DNA from: Mobula hypostoma
Taxonomy: Eukaryota
Direction of reading: 5' to 3'
Assembly: GCF_963921235.1 (NCBI RefSeq)
Contig: NC_086097.1
Location: forward strand, 86,616,001-86,680,000
Length of the DNA stretch: 64,000 bases
Made by a program: the position numbers and the translations under genes. Positions within the stretch are counted from its first letter, which is position 1. Each line of letters starts with the position of its first letter. The notes under the pieces are model-generated. The model had not been told where the DNA came from. It did not search any database and worked only from the letters and a program-made list of their open reading frames with translations. Positions 14,001-28,556 of this stretch are shown here, piece by piece.

Positions 14001-14458
14001 TCCTGTAGACTTACCATTCTGATGCAATGGAACTACTTTGTGATGCTGCGATGTAGTAAAATTTGGTATTGCCCACGGTGGTTTCTCACAGTGTGAACTG
14101 GGCTTTTGCCCGTGCAGACCATGTGGTAGTGTACTGCTCCCAAAAGTCTGGTAGCTTCAAAGTGACTGCATTAGTTGACATGTTGTTGAGTAACTCTGCA
14201 ATCATTTGTGACTGTTGGGGTCACCAGTGTAGGACTTTGTGAATAAAATATGCGTGAGACATTTTGTGTGGTTAACTAACACCACAGCCCTTTACTTCCA
14301 TTACGAACAAATCAAAAGCAGTCACTTTACACTGATGTCATTATGTCAGAGCGTCTCTTAAAATGAACACAACAACTCAAAAAGTGTTCATGAATTATGT
14401 AGAACAGTTTCTCTTGTGAACAATATGTGTCATCCATCATCTATTACATCACCCTATA
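11087..14458 (-). mobile_element. Decayed Ty3/Gypsy LTR retrotransposon
   Basis: Diverged ~230 bp LTRs (11087-11311, 14228-14458). PBS TGGTGACCCC next to the 5' LTR matches the tRNA-Trp 3' end; G-rich PPT at ~11312-11324. Remnants of gag (KLPDFW..AQF..TKFYY), protease (FLCATGAQVSVLP), RT (WALPLHMVPKP..YLVPHIQDF), RNase H and integrase (HGLSHLGRR) with many stops. Confidence 0.88.
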
Positions 14459-15939
14459 TTTGCCTAAGTTGATGGTAAAGTCAGCAGAAGGGCCGCTCCA
14501 GGATTCTAGAGCTCATAATACCAAAGGACAGCACTCCTCTGGGCCAAAATGGAAAACACAATACCAACAGTCACACACAGCACATATATATACATTAAGA
14601 ATATAGCCTTCCCTGAGTAACATGGCTTGTGGATTGATGGTGCGTGGAGCAACGTTTCTGCAAGAACAGCCCACAGTAGCTCTCATCTTGCACAAGTGCA
14701 GCCACAGATGAACACAATCCAGCTTGTCTTCCAACACCGATGGGAAAGGGGCAGCCCCAACCCAGTATGGAATCCAGTGGCACATAGGCAGCTTTGGTGT
14801 CTTCTTTCCCAGAAGCTGCAACAGGCAACCCCAATGCACGAGGGCCTTGTCCATGCAGCAGCTGAGGGAACACAGCTCACCAGCCATCGGACCTCGCCAA
14901 TGAACCAGTGCATTGTACTCACATTATGCAGTATCAAGCATCATCTTCATGAGTTTAAGAACAACAACACTGTTGTTTTCCCGTAGTAAATCAAAGCATA
15001 CAGTAAATGGATATGTGCACTTCCAATTTAGCCTACATTTAGTGTACATACAAAGCCGATGTCTTACTTGGTATTTGCCAACAATTTAACAAGCATACAT
15101 GAGGTTGACTATACTTTAGAGGACAGAAGTGCTCACAATTTTGTTGGCTTGTACCTTGCACTCTATATTTCCTCTGGTGACACCCTTTGTTACTCTATGG
15201 AAGACCTTTGCCTTGGACTGATGAGCTTAAAGCTCCACCAGTGATGGTTGGGACTATGTGGTTACTGAGAGCAGACATCTTGTGTTTTCAAAATTTGACA
15301 GTTGCAGTAGGGGTCTTTAGCATTAATTTTGTCATTAGGGTTTCTCTGAAGATCCCTTTCCAAAGCGAAATCATAGTTAAACCAACATGTGCCCATTCCA
15401 AGTGCGAGAACAGTTACACTTCAGTACTGAGGTTCAACTCCCTGATTTTCTCTCTGGGTATATACAGCAGCAAGATTGTTGTTGAAATCAGTTTTCATCA
15501 TAGTTTCTCCAGAAGTTAATGAATGCACAGAGAAAAAGACCCTTTCTTTGTCCATGATCCTTCAACTACCATTGTCTTCATTGGCCATCAATTTGCCAAA
15601 ACTGTCCAGTCTCAATTACAGCAGAAAGCCAGCAGATTACTTTTCAAAATATCTCAAGCACTTATCTTAGATGTGTGAGATCATTTTAATTTCCATATAA
15701 GGCATAAGCAAGAGTCATCTCTATTTCTTTACTGTCAAAATGCTGACTAGCCAGCTGAGTATTATTTGCATTTTTTCTGATTTGTTTTCAGACACCCCTC
15801 ATTTGCAAATTTCTTTTTGTTTTAATTATCAGGCTATGTTGAATGGTGAGGTTGAAGGACAGGGAAGTGCATGCAGAGGACAAGAACAGGTATAAGCTGC
15901 TTTATTTCTTGTTTCCAGTGTAGGTCTACTCCTTAACCT

Positions 15940-18900
15940 TTGGATACTGTTGGGGGGGTGGGGTGACAACCTAGCAGGGGAAGTCGCAGTGACCGGTCTT
16001 GGGCACAGAGTCTGGCACTGTGGCTCAGAAGGGAAGGGGATAGAAGAAGACTGCCATAGTGATAGGGGATTCCATAGTTAGATCAGTAGACAAGAGATTC
16101 TGTGGATGCGATATAGACATCTGGATGGTATGTTACCTCCCAGGTGCCGGAGTCAGTGATATCTCGGATCAGGTCCATGACATTCTAAAGAGGGAGGGTG
16201 AGCAGCCAGAAGTTTTGGTACTTACTAGCACTAATGACATAGGCACGAAAAGGGAGGAGGTCCTGAAGAAAAAACTTAGGGAGTTTGGTAGAAAGCTGAA
16301 AAGCAGGACCTCCAGCATAGTAATCTCTGGATTGCTGCTTGTGCTACACAGCAGTGAGGGTAAAAATAAGCTGACTTAACAGAAGAATGTTTGGCTGAGG
16401 AACTGGTGCATGGGGCAGGGTTTTCAGATTTCTGGATCATTGAGATCTCTTCTGGGGATGACTTGTACAAAAGGGATGAGTTACACCTGAACCTGAGGGG
16501 GTACAATATCATTGCGGAGAGATACGCTGGAATGATTGGAGAGAGTTTAAACTAATTTGGCAGGGGAATGGGAAACAGTGATAGGGCTGAGGATGGGGCA
16601 GTTGTCAAACAAGCAGAGGTAGTGTGTAGTGAGACTGTCAGGAAGGACAGACAGATGACAGGACAAAATTGCAGTCAGTGGAATGAGATGCAGTGTAACA
16701 GGGACAAAACCCAAAAGGGTGACGAATGTAGGCCTGAAAGTGCTATATTTGAATGGAGGCAGTACTGTATATGGAATAAGCTAGATGATCTTGTAGTGAA
16801 GATAAGAGATTGGCAGGAATGACATTGTGGGCATCACTGAGTCATGGTTGAAAGAAGATTACAGTTGGGAACATAACATTGTATCAAAAGGACAGGTGGT
16901 GGGGTGGCTCTGCTGGTAAAAAATGAAATCAAATCCTTAAAAAGAGGTGATAAAGGATCGGAAGATATAGAATCATTGTGTGTAGAGTTAAGGAACTGCA
17001 AAAGTAAAAAAGAACCTGATGGGAGTTATATACAGGGCTCCGAACAGTAGCTGGGATGGAGGCTACAAATTACAGTGGGAGATAGAAAATACATGTCAAA
17101 AGGGTAATGTTACAATAGATATGGGGGATTTCGTTATGCAGGCAGATTGGGAAAAGCAGGTCGTTGCTCATTTTGGACACCAAGAGAAGGAACTTGTAGA
17201 ACGCCAACAAGAGAGCTTTTTAGACCAACTCATGGTTGAGCCCACTAGAGGATCAGCAATTCTGAATTGGGTGTTGTGTAATGAACCAGATTTGATTACT
17301 GAGCTTAAGGTAAAGAATTCCTTTGGAGACAGTGATCATATTATAATAGGATTCACCCTGCAATTTGAGAGGGAGAAGCAAAAGTCAAATGTATCAGTAT
17401 TACAGTGGAAAAAGAAGAAGTATTCTAAAGGAAGGATGATACAGACGTGGCTGACAAAGGAATTCACAACCAACATAAAAGCAAAAGAGAGGGCATAAAA
17501 TACAGCAAAAATTAGTGGGAAGTTAGAGGATTGGGAAGCTTTTAAAAGCCAATAGAAGGCAACTAAAAACGCCATAAGGAGGGATAAGATGAATATGAAG
17601 GCAGGTTGGCCAATAATATCAGAGAGGATAGCAAGCATTTTTTTCAGATAAAAACAGAGTGAAGGAAAGGTGAGAGTAGATAACGGATTGCTGTAAAATT
17701 ATTATGGAGAGGTAGTAGTGAGATACAAGGAAATAGTGGATGAACTGATTAAGTATTTTGCATCAGTCTTCATTATGGAAGACACTAGCGGTATGTCAGA
17801 AGCTTGAGAATGTTGGAGTAGAAGTGAGGGCAGTTGCTATTACTAGGGAGATGGTGCAAAAGTCTGAAGGTTGATAAGTCAACTGGACCAGACGGACTAC
17901 ACCCAAGGTTCTGAAAGAGGTAGCTGAAGAGATGGTGGAGGTATTAGTAATACTCTATCAAGAATCAGTAGATTCTGGCCTGGTTCCAGAGGACTGGAAA
18001 ATTTAAAATGTCAATCCACTCTTCGAGAAGGGAGGGAGGCAGAAGAAAGGAAATGGCCAGTTAGCCTGATGGTTGGCAAAGGCAAATGGTTGAGAAGATG
18101 TTAGAGTCAGTCGTTAAGGATGAGGTTTTGGGGTTCTTAGAAGCACATGATAAAATAGGCCAAAGGGAAAATCTTGCCTGCCGAATCTGTTGGAACTCTT
18201 TGTGGCAATAACAAGCAGGATAGACAAGGAGAATTGGTGGATGTTGTGTACTTGGATTTCCAGAAGACCTTTGACAAGGTGCCACACATGAGGCTGCTTA
18301 GCAATAAAAGAGTTCACTTTATTTCAGGAAAGGTACTAGCTTGGATAGAGCATTGGCTCATCAGTAAGAGACTAAGAGTGGGAATAAAGGGAGCCCATTC
18401 TGATTGGCTGCCGTTGACTCCCAGTGTTCTGCAGGGTTCGGTGTTGGAACCGCTTCTTTTTACGTTGTATATCAATTGATTTGAATTACAGAATCGACGG
18501 CTTTAAGGCAAGTTTGTGGACAACACAAAAACAGGTAGAGGAGAAGGTAGGGTTGAGGAAGCAAGGAGGCTGCAGAAAGACTTAAACAGATTAGGAGAAT
18601 GGGCAAAAAAGTGGCAGACGGAATAGTGTTGGGAAGTGCATAGCTATTCACTTTAGAAGGAATAAAAGCATAGACTATTTTCTAAACAGAGAGAAAATTT
18701 AAAAAATCCAAGATGCAAAGGGACTTCGGAGTCCTCATGCAGGATGCCCTAAAGATTAACTTGCAGGTTGAGTCATTAGTGAGGAAGGCAAATGCAATGT
18801 TAACATTCTCTTCGAGAGGACTAGAAGTTAACAATGATGTTATACTGAAGCTTTATAAGGCGCTGGTGAGTCCTCACTTAGAGCAGTGTGAGCAGTTTTG

Positions 18901-19433
18901 GGCCCCTTATCTAAGAAAGGATGAGCTGACATTGGAGAGGGTTCAAAATAGGTTTACAAATATGATTCTGGGAATTAACGTCTTATCATATGATTGTTTG
19001 ATGGCTCTGGGCTTGTACCCATTGGAAGTTAGAAGCATGGGGCGGGGGGGGAGTCTCACTGAAGCCTATCAAATGTTCAAAGGCCTAGATAGAATGGATG
19101 TGGAGAGGATGTTTCCTTTAGTGGAGGAGTCTAGGACCAGACAGCACAACTTCAGAATAGAGGGACGTACTTTTAGAACAGAGATGAGGAGGGATTTCTT
19201 CAACCAAAGTGTGGTGACTCTGTGGAATTTGTTGCCAGAGCTGGCTGTGGAGACCAGGTCATTGGGTGTATTTAAGGTGGAAGTTGATAGATTCTTGATA
19301 AGTCAGGGTGTGAAAGGTTTCGGGGAGCAGGTAGGAGAATGGGGCTGAGAAGGAAATGAATCACTCATGATCACATGACGAAGCAGACTCTTTGGGACAA
19401 ATGGCCTGATTTTGCTCCTATGTCTTATGGTCT
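15940..19433 (+). mobile_element. Near full-length decayed CR1 LINE
   Basis: ORF1 SGNH-esterase motifs (IGDSIVR, LPGA, TNDIG, LHLN); ORF2 APE endonuclease (GVIYRAP, MGDF, SDH) and RT (YLDFQKTFDKVPH, QGSVLEPLLF); 3' tail cctatgtcttatggtct. Confidence 0.92.
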
Positions 19434-19919
19434 AAACCAATAGTAGCTGATACTCAGTTCTTCTGATGCTGTCCCTCATGGCTTTAGATATATGTAGTCA
19501 AAATACAAGCCCAACTCATTGTTATAAAACACTTCTTTTGTTTATATGTTTTCCAAAAAAAAAGCAAATAGCCACAGTATTTTTGTGGTTGAGGAAGATG
19601 CATTTTCTAGTTGGCATGCATGAAACTTCGGGATGGGCACATAAATGTTGATGATTGACAATGATGTTCACCTGAAAAATGCAAGAATGAAAAGAAAGAC
19701 TTGAGAAAAGATAAAATATCAAACATTGCTTTGCAAATTCAGTGTGCACTGAGAAAGCTACTTAAAGTTGTTTCATTGCCTTAAATACACCATAGAACAT
19801 TACTCTGCCTTTACTTTTCTTTGCATTAAAAAGTCAACCTCTTTAACCAAGTGTTCCTCATCTCTCTTCACACTTCCTCTAAGGTTCAGTGTTAGTGCCT
19901 CAGGAAATATGTCTCGTGA

Positions 19920-21690
19920 TGTCATAGAGAATTACATCATAGAAACAGGCCCCTTGGTGCATCTAGTCTCTGCCTACCTGATCTTCTGCCTAGTCCCATC
20001 TACCTGCACCCAGACCATATCCCTCCATACCCATCTCATTCATGTATCTTTCCAACCCTCTGTTAAGCATTACATTTGATCCCACATCTTCCATTTCCAC
20101 TGGCAGCTCATTCCACATTTGTACTGCACTCTCCGAGTGAAAAAGTTTCTCTTCAGATTTCCTTTAAATATTTCACATTTCACCCTACACTGGTGATCTC
20201 CAGTTCTAGTACCACCCAAATTGAGGGCATGTTTTCACCCTAAACCTCTCATAATTTTGTGTACCTGTGTAAGATCTCCCACATTCTCCTGAACTCCAGG
20301 GAGTAAAGTCCTAAACTACTCAGCCTTTCCCTCTAACTCAAAATCCTCAAGTCATGGCAAAGTCCTTGTAAATTTTCCCTGCAATCTTCCAGGCTTACTG
20401 ATACCTTTCCTGTAGGAGGTGTCCCCCACTTTCTGAATGTTCTCTTTACGACATTTCGCTTTTACGAAAGACCTACATTAGTACCTGTTTCCCTTAACCG
20501 AAAGAGGATTTTCGCTTTTACGAAAAAAAAACGCTCGCTTTAAACTTGTGTTTACCCCGAGAAAGACTACCATGACCATGAAGCCTTGCGCAGACTGGTG
20601 TGTGCACATACGTGATGTGCGAATGCGTGTATGTGCGCATGCGTGACATGTACATGCGTGTACGTGCTGATTTTTTTCGACAAATCGATTTTGGCTCAAA
20701 CTTCCCGATTCTGTTAAGTGAAATTACACTGTACATATATTATTTCTACTTTATATAGGCTGTGTATTTATCATATCGTTCCTGCTTTTACTATATGTTA
20801 GTGTTATTTTAGGTTTTATGTGCTATTTGGTATGATTTGGTAGGTTATTTTTTGGGTCTGGGAACACTCAAAAAATCTTCCCATATAAATTAATGGTAAT
20901 TGTTTCTTTGCTTTACACCATTTTGGCATATGAACGGTTTCATAGGAACCGGATAGCGGGGGAAACCTGTTAGATGACAAGAACTGCACACAAAACTCTA
21001 AATTCTGCCTCATCTATTATGATGTACAACTTCATCTTAACGTTGTAACCCCTGTACTCAATGCTCTGATTAATAAAGGACTATGTGCTAAAAGCATACA
21101 ACCATATCTACCCAGATGCCATTTTCAAGGAATTATAGAACTGTACTCCAAGGTCCCTTAGATCTACAGCACACCTCAGAGCCCTACCATAAATTGTGTA
21201 AGACTCAACCTGGTTTCTCCTTCCAAAGTGCAATACCATACACCTGTCTCCATTATATTCAATCTGCCATTTTTCAGAGCAACACATAGTTTTACCGTAT
21301 TATCATCCAAATTATTAACAAAATGATAAGCAGCAATGGAGCCAGCACCTATCCCTGCAGCACTTCCCTTGTCACAGGTCTCCAGTCAGACAGGCATCCA
21401 GCTACTACCACTCTTTGGCCTGTCAGGCTAAACCAATGTTGAATCCAATTGACTACTTCATCTTGAATGCCAAGCGGCCCAACTTTCTGGACCAATATCA
21501 ATGTGGGACTTTGTCAAAAGTCTTGCTAAAGTCCATGTAGACAACATCCACTGCTTTTTCTTCATCAACCTTCTTAGTAACCACCTTAAAAACATTATAA
21601 GATTTGTTTTACATGACCTGTCATGCTGACTTTCCCTAATCAGGCCCTGCCTATCCAAATACTTACATATCCTATCCCTTAGAATACCTT
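19920..21690 (-). mobile_element. CR1 LINE 3' half, interrupted by a Tigger-type MITE
   Basis: Minus-strand RT motifs (GLIRESQH..SCKTNL; MDFSKTFDKVPH) and a CR1 3' UTR near 19920. Confidence 0.8.
20417..20969 (+). mobile_element. Tigger/pogo-derived MITE
   Basis: Ends (aggtgtcccc...ggggaaacctg) and sub-terminal regions match both ends of the Tigger derivative at 47321-48920 in opposite orientation. Confidence 0.85.
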
Positions 21691-21739
21691 AAATCAACTT
21701 TGTATATTTATTACGTATAAATTATATAACTTAAGATTT

Positions 21740-23190
21740 GCTTGCTCACCTCTCTCTCCCCTTTCTCGATCTCTCTATCTCTACCTCTGAAGACAGACTG
21801 TTTATTGATATCTTTTCTTAACCGACTGACTCTCACAGCTATCTTGACTATACCTCTTTCCACCCTGTTACTTGTAAAAATGCCTTTTCCTTTTCTCAGT
21901 TCCTCCATCTCCATTGCATCTGTCCTCAGGATGAGGCATTCCTTTCCACAACATCTGAGGTGTTCTCCTTCTTCAGAGAACAGTGTTTCCCTTCCTCTAC
22001 CATTGATGCTGCCCTCATCCGCATCTCCTCTATTTCCCAGATATCCACTCTGACCCTATCTTCCTGCCACCTTAACTGGATAAAGTTCCTCTTGTCATTT
22101 TCTACCACCCAATGAGTCTCCACATCCAGCACGTCATTCTTCCCCACTTCCACAGAGTTGTCGCCCTCCCCTTCTTTTTCATTCCCCTTTCTGGTTCTTT
22201 TCTTACCCATTCTCCTCTTCACCTTCCTGTGGTGTTCCTTTTCATCCATGGTCCACAGTCCTTTCTTATCAGATTCCTTCTTCTTCAGCCCTTTACTTTT
22301 CCACCTATCACCTCCCAGCTCCTCATTTCATTTCCCCCTTCCCCCATTCACCTACTTTCCCCTTCACCTGGCTTTATTTATCAAGCTCTGTCTGCCAGAG
22401 AAAGCAGGATCTCCCAGTGGCCACACATTTTATTTCCACATCCCATTCCCATTCTGATATGTCCATCCATGGCCTCCTCTACTGTAAAGATGAAGCCACA
22501 CTCAGGTTGGAGGAACACCACCTCTTATTCCATCTGGGTAGCCTCCAACCTGATGGCATGATCATTGACTTCTCTAACTTCCGTTAATGCCCCTCCTCCC
22601 CTTCTTACCCCAACCCTTATTTATTTATTATTTTCCCCCTTTCTCTCTCTTTTTTGCTCCCTCTGTCCCTCTCACTATATCTTCCTCTGGTGCTCCCCTC
22701 CCCCTTTCTCTCTCCCTGGGCCTCCCATCCCATGATCCTCTCCCTTCTCCAGCTTTGTATCCCTTTTGCCAACCAACTTTCCAGCTCTTAGCTCCATCCT
22801 CCCCCTGCTGTCTTCTCCTACCATTTCAGATCTCCCCCTCCCCCTCCCACTTTCAAATCTCTTACAATCTCTTCTTTCATTTAGTCCTGACAAAGGGTCT
22901 CAGCCCGAAACGTCAACTGTACCTCTTCCTATAGATGCTGCCTGGCCTGCTGCGTTCCACCAGCATTTTGTGTGTGTGTGTTGCTTTACTTATCACCTTC
23001 CATCTTGTACTCCTTCCCCTCCCCCTCTTCTTATTCTGGCTTCTTTCCCCTTCCTTTCCAGTCCCAATGAAGGGTCTTGGCCCAAAACATCGACTGCATT
23101 TTCCTCTCAATAAGTACTGCCTGACCTATGTTCCTCCAGCATATTGTGTGTGTTAGTATGGATTTCCAGCATCTGCAGAATATCTTGTGC
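21740..23190 (+). mobile_element. Older Penelope-like element with a younger PLE 3' fragment nested at ~22384-22982
   Basis: RT C-terminal remnant (TDSHSYLDYTS..CKNA.PFSQFL). Nested copy carries the endonuclease C-terminus plus 3' UTR, flanked by a 13 bp TSD (gctttatttatca 22371-22383 / gctttacttatca 22983-22995). Confidence 0.85.
22883..22919 (+). ncRNA. Hammerhead ribozyme motif with G8>A core change
   Basis: agtc-CTGACAA-a-ggg-tctcag-ccc-GAAA-c-GTC-aactg. Confidence 0.6.
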
Positions 23191-24380
23191 TTTCTTTATA
23201 ACTGATTGTTGATATTGGCTGACTCATTAATATTGGCTGAGGAGCTTTCCCAGATAAATTGGCACTAAGTGTTCACAATATGCAATTATAGGAGCAAGTT
23301 TCCTGTTCCTTAAAATAAAACAGAATTTCCAATTCTGACGCAGTGTCATTTACCTGTAACTTGCTAGTCAAACCAACATGGCACAGTTGGTTGTGGTATC
23401 ATCTGGATCCCACACGATAACATGACACTGCCTGATGAAGAACAATGGATTCTTTCACCATTCATTTCTCAACCCATGCCATCAGACTTATTGCTTGTGC
23501 ATGTTTGTGGTTGTTGTTGAAGTTGAGTGGGTATTAAGTTTGCCTACACATCAGTTACTGAAATCTTCCAAAGAATATGAACTATATTGTGATTCATGCA
23601 AGTACTTCTTCTTTTTGTTATATATTGTCCTTTAAGAATAATCCATTTATGTATCACATGAATCCCAGACTTCAGAAGTGCAGCACTTCAAGTGATTTAT
23701 AGTTTTTATAACAGACACTTTTCTTAGATTACAAAATAAGGCAAGGGGATGATTCTTCCATTCAGAACTTCATTTTCTACAATGAACATTGGACTGTTCT
23801 GAGGACAATTAAAAGCTGAGTCATTCATTTCCTTCCACATCATCGTTCCGGTGTTAGATTTCAGGTTTAGCAGAAATATGACTAACATGTTGAGCAAGTC
23901 TTCTGTTCAAAGTGGTAAAAGAATGCAATTCAAAACATCATTGAGTTAGAATTGGAGTTGCATCTTCCACTGGATTTTTTTTCACTTTATGTGTATCATA
24001 TCATCTGTTAAGCAGTTAGTGGCTACTTATCCAACTGATGAACAATTTCTGTATTATTTCCCCCAAATACCTATCAAAACTCCCTCAACTTCTTCTACTC
24101 TAGCGGAGTGCTACACACCAAGGGGATCTACAGTGCCCAATTAATATATCAGCCTGCACATCTTTGGAATGTGGGAGAAATGGAAAGCCCAGTCAGATGG
24201 AGAATGTGCAAACTTTTACACAGATGGCACTGGACATCAGGATTGATCCTGAGTCACTAGAGCTATGAGGCACTACTTCTACTTGCAGTGCTACTGTACT
24301 GCCCAAGAGAATCCTGGTTGGATCTTCCAATGCATTCTGAGCCCGCTTTCCAACTTCCACCTCACAAAGTCATTTAAAAC

Positions 24381-24976
24381 TCACACAAAATGCTGGAGGA
24401 ATTCAGCAAAGGCGTGGCATGGTAGTGTCACGGCTAGCTGAACAGTTTACAATACCAGCAACTCAGGTTCAATTCCCTTTGCTGTCTGTACATTCTCCCC
24501 GTGACCACCTGGATTTCCTCTAGGTACTCTAGTTTCCTCCCATATTCGAAAGATGTATGTTAGTTCATTGTGGGCGTGATATGTTGCCGCTGGAAGCATG
24601 GTAACACGTGTGCGATGCCCCAAGCACATCCTCGGACTGTGTTGGTTGTTGACACAAAATGACATATTTCACTGAATGTTTCGATGCAGATGTGTGACAA
24701 ATAAAACTAATCGTAATCTTATCTCTGGGGGGGGGATAAACAATTGTCAATAAGAACAAGAACAATGGCTGTATTTTCACACAGCAACTTATTAACTTAA
24801 ATAAGAACAATTCTTGCTCTGACTTTTGCCCCTTTCCTTTTAGTCCTGATGAAGGGTCTCAGCCCAAAATGTTGACTGTTTATTGTCCTCCATAAATGCT
24901 GCCTAGCTTGATGATATCCTCCTGCATTCTGTGAACTTTGCTCAAGATTTCCAGGCTGCAGAACTTTTTGTGTTTA
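24381..24976. mobile_element. Fold-back PLE-tail element with nested SINE (~24410-24720)
   Basis: Inverted PLE tail on the left; forward hammerhead-bearing tail on the right (agtcCTGATGAagggtctcagcccAAAA, from 24842); 11 bp TSD tcatttaaaac (24370-24380 / 24977-24987). Confidence 0.7.
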
Positions 24977-25276
24977 TCATTTAAAACCGGTATGTTTCCT
25001 CATATCTTCTACAATGCTCAATTAACCAGATAGATCTGATCTAGTTTTGAGTTAAAACTTCTCATTTTGTAATTAAAAACCCTTTTGGATCTTGCTCCTT
25101 ATATTACTTCAATGTCATACACCCAACACTTTTCAGATGTCCAATTCTGCATACCCAACTTCATTTAGATCACAAATGCTTACTTGTTACGCAGAAGGAA
25201 GCCATTCAGTTTGTTGAGTCTATGCTGGCTCCAAGCACAACAATCCTTTCAGTCCCATTTCTCATTTCCATCATAT

Positions 25277-25480
25277 ACTGGTTAGCATAACACTTTGCAG
25301 TACCAGTGGCTAGGGTTCAATTACCACCTGTCTATAAGGAGTTTGTACATTCTTCTCGTGATTCCATGGGTTCCCTTGCATAGTCCAAAGACGTACTGGT
25401 TGGTAGGTTAATCGGTCATGTTAAATCGCCTCTTGATTAGGCTAGGGTTAAATTGGGGGTTGCAGAGCTGGAAGGGCCTA
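25277..25480 (+). mobile_element. SINE fragment with tRNA-like head
   Basis: B-box-like ggttcaatt; body shared with the SINE copies at ~24410 (+), ~29130-29420 (-), ~31245-31530 (-) and ~55690-55865 (-). Confidence 0.6.
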
Positions 25481-25949
25481 AATAAAATGCTACTCCAGGT
25501 TATTTGAGCAATTTAGCTCAAAAGCACTCTAAGGTTCTTCACCTTACACTTTTTCTATAAGAATCACTTGTTAAGCCTGTTACCTATCCAAATATTTATG
25601 TCATTCAAGTCGAAGTTTCTGTTAGTAATATTCCCGATACACCGTACAATACTTTGACGAATACGCTTGAATAAATGCTTGTTATTGCTAAGGAGAGCAT
25701 TCTTTGCGGAAATGATGTTACAGGTTATAGGAGAAAGAAGAACCCAATTCCTCTTAAAGGAATTCGGTGAAACCAAATTGCTTTCTTCCCGTACTTAATA
25801 ACGCAATAGCATTTTTGTGACAGGATGATAAGCAAGTCGATGGATCAGAGCCATCAAGAAAAAAAAATTCCTGAACATATTTTGGCTTTACGAAGTCAGT
25901 ATCTTCGCCATATGAGTCAGAGCTCTCTGACTGAGAGCAAATCAACAAC

Positions 25950-26495
<546 letters not shown>

Positions 26496-28289
26496 TAATC
26501 ACTCCTTTTGCTTTGAAATTCGCTGTTGGGGTTCCGGAGATGAGCATATGCAGGGTATACGCTCTATGTACAGCGTGAAAGAGTCCCGTCGCCAAGAAAA
26601 CAGCCTAGGTAGGAGTAATACAATGGGACACTGGTTTAAAATAAATACATTTTGTATTGGTTTCTATAGACGAATTAGAATTAACAAGCTAGTCACAAGA
26701 TGTATACCTGGCACTTATTGCGAAATCAGCTTGAATGCAATGATTTTTGGGGTTAAAAACATTCAGGTTTCAATATTTCGACACAATGCGATCATTGCTA
26801 GACAGCGATATGAGAGCTAAGTGGAACAAATTTTAATTTTCCTTCGGGTTAGTTTAACATAGATTGACTCATGCTTTCATTTAACTTGTTTGTTTTTGTG
26901 GAATTGTTATGAATAAGATGAAATTAATATTTTAAACCATTTATAACCTAGATAAATGTGCTAGTCTTTTATGTAAACCTACTTTGTTATTCCGATTGCA
27001 AGGATTGCCGGATTCTCTACAGCCATCCTATATTGCCAGCTGGTGTTGTTTTTCTGTTTTGTTACTGGTTGTAATATCACCTGATTAATTTAGTAGGTCA
27101 TGCATCTGGGAGAAATGAACTTAATGAAGGTAAGAATAAATGAGTTGTGTGTGTAGCTTAAAAAACAATATGGAAATGGAAAATTAATGTTTCACAACTG
27201 CATACTTGTATCTAATGATGGCCTTTTTTATGATAACTGAGGCACTATATGTGTAGCTTTTGGAAAACAAAGTATGATAGTGTATATCATATAGGCAGGC
27301 CACAGTTATGTGAAATGTAAGAATGATTCACAATTATGTGACCCATCTCTGACTGCTTTAGTCACCAAAGTGTTTAAGTGGCAATGAGCTACATCTTGCA
27401 GAGTAGCTTTAAGTGAAACACAAAAGCCTATTTTCACACAATAAACTTCCATTGGGAAGTTTGTTGTGTGAAACTGCATTGGGATGATGAACAGATAATA
27501 TGCTTTAGAAATACAGAGAAGTATTGGAAAGGACATAGGGCATTACATCCGTGCATTTGAGCAAACTAGCGCCATGTTATCTGATGTAACAGGTGGCGTC
27601 TTGTTTACCAGAAAGATAGCACTTGTGCTAGTACATGATGCTGTCGATAACCTAAAGTGTCAGGCTGGATTTGTGGATTTGAATTCTGGTGGTTCTAGGT
27701 TTTGTGGAAACAACTTGCATTTATGGAGTGCCTTTGAAATAAATTGTCCCAAGGTGCTTGGCAGGGGATAGAATTTGGAAAGAGTAATTTTAGGGTATTT
27801 TACTTCTAAGAGAGAAGAAGTGTATTGTGAACTTTAGATGGCATAAAAAGTTTAGATGAAGCATTAAAACATCTCTCATTTCTGATGGAGGGTCTTTGAC
27901 TTGTAACATTAATTGGTTTCTCATTCCACAGATGTTACTTGACTGGCTGAGTTCTTCCAGCAGTTCTCATTTTGTATCTCAGTGTTTTATCATGGTGACA
28001 CTCTCATGTTTTCAGATGGATTTTGGGATTAATGGATTTGGGATTAAACTGGCCCAGCAGTGGAGAATGTGAGGGAGCAGTGAAAGGAAACAAAATCTCA
28101 CTTTATTTCAGTGCCTCTGCTCTTCTAATTATGGAATTCTGGGATAAGTCAAGATTAACTTAAAATACCAGATTTTGGTTTAGAATGGTCTTTAAAGGCT
28201 TGATGCTAATACTGGGTACCTAAATCAGGTGTTGTTATTAATGATCTCTCAATTTGATGTAAGAATCAATAAAATATATATATTTAAAA

Positions 28290-28556
28290 CACAGACACGA
28301 GGAAATCTGCAGATGCTGGAAATTCAAGCAACACACATAAAAACGCTGGTGAACGCAGCAGGTCAGGCAGCATCTATAGGAAGAGGATCTAAGAGCTGGA
28401 GTAGATCCACCCCTCCCCCTCCCACTTTCAAATCTCTTACTATCTCTTCTTTTAGTTAGTCCTGCCGAAGGGCCCTGGCCCGAAACATCGATTGTACCTC
28501 TTCCTATAGATGCTGCCTGACTGCTGCGTTCACCAGCATTTTTTGTGTGTGTTGCT
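28290..28556. mobile_element. Miniature fold-back PLE-tail insertion with decayed hammerhead (28458-28494)
   Basis: Inverted tail ~28290-28386 pairs with forward tail ~28497-28556; 11 bp TSD tatatttaaaa (28279-28289 / 28557-28567). Confidence 0.85.

Noticed and set aside
27567..27600. CTCF-like caggtggcg with a weak hairpin
   Set aside because: Only the 3' half of the motif matches; not distinguishable from background.
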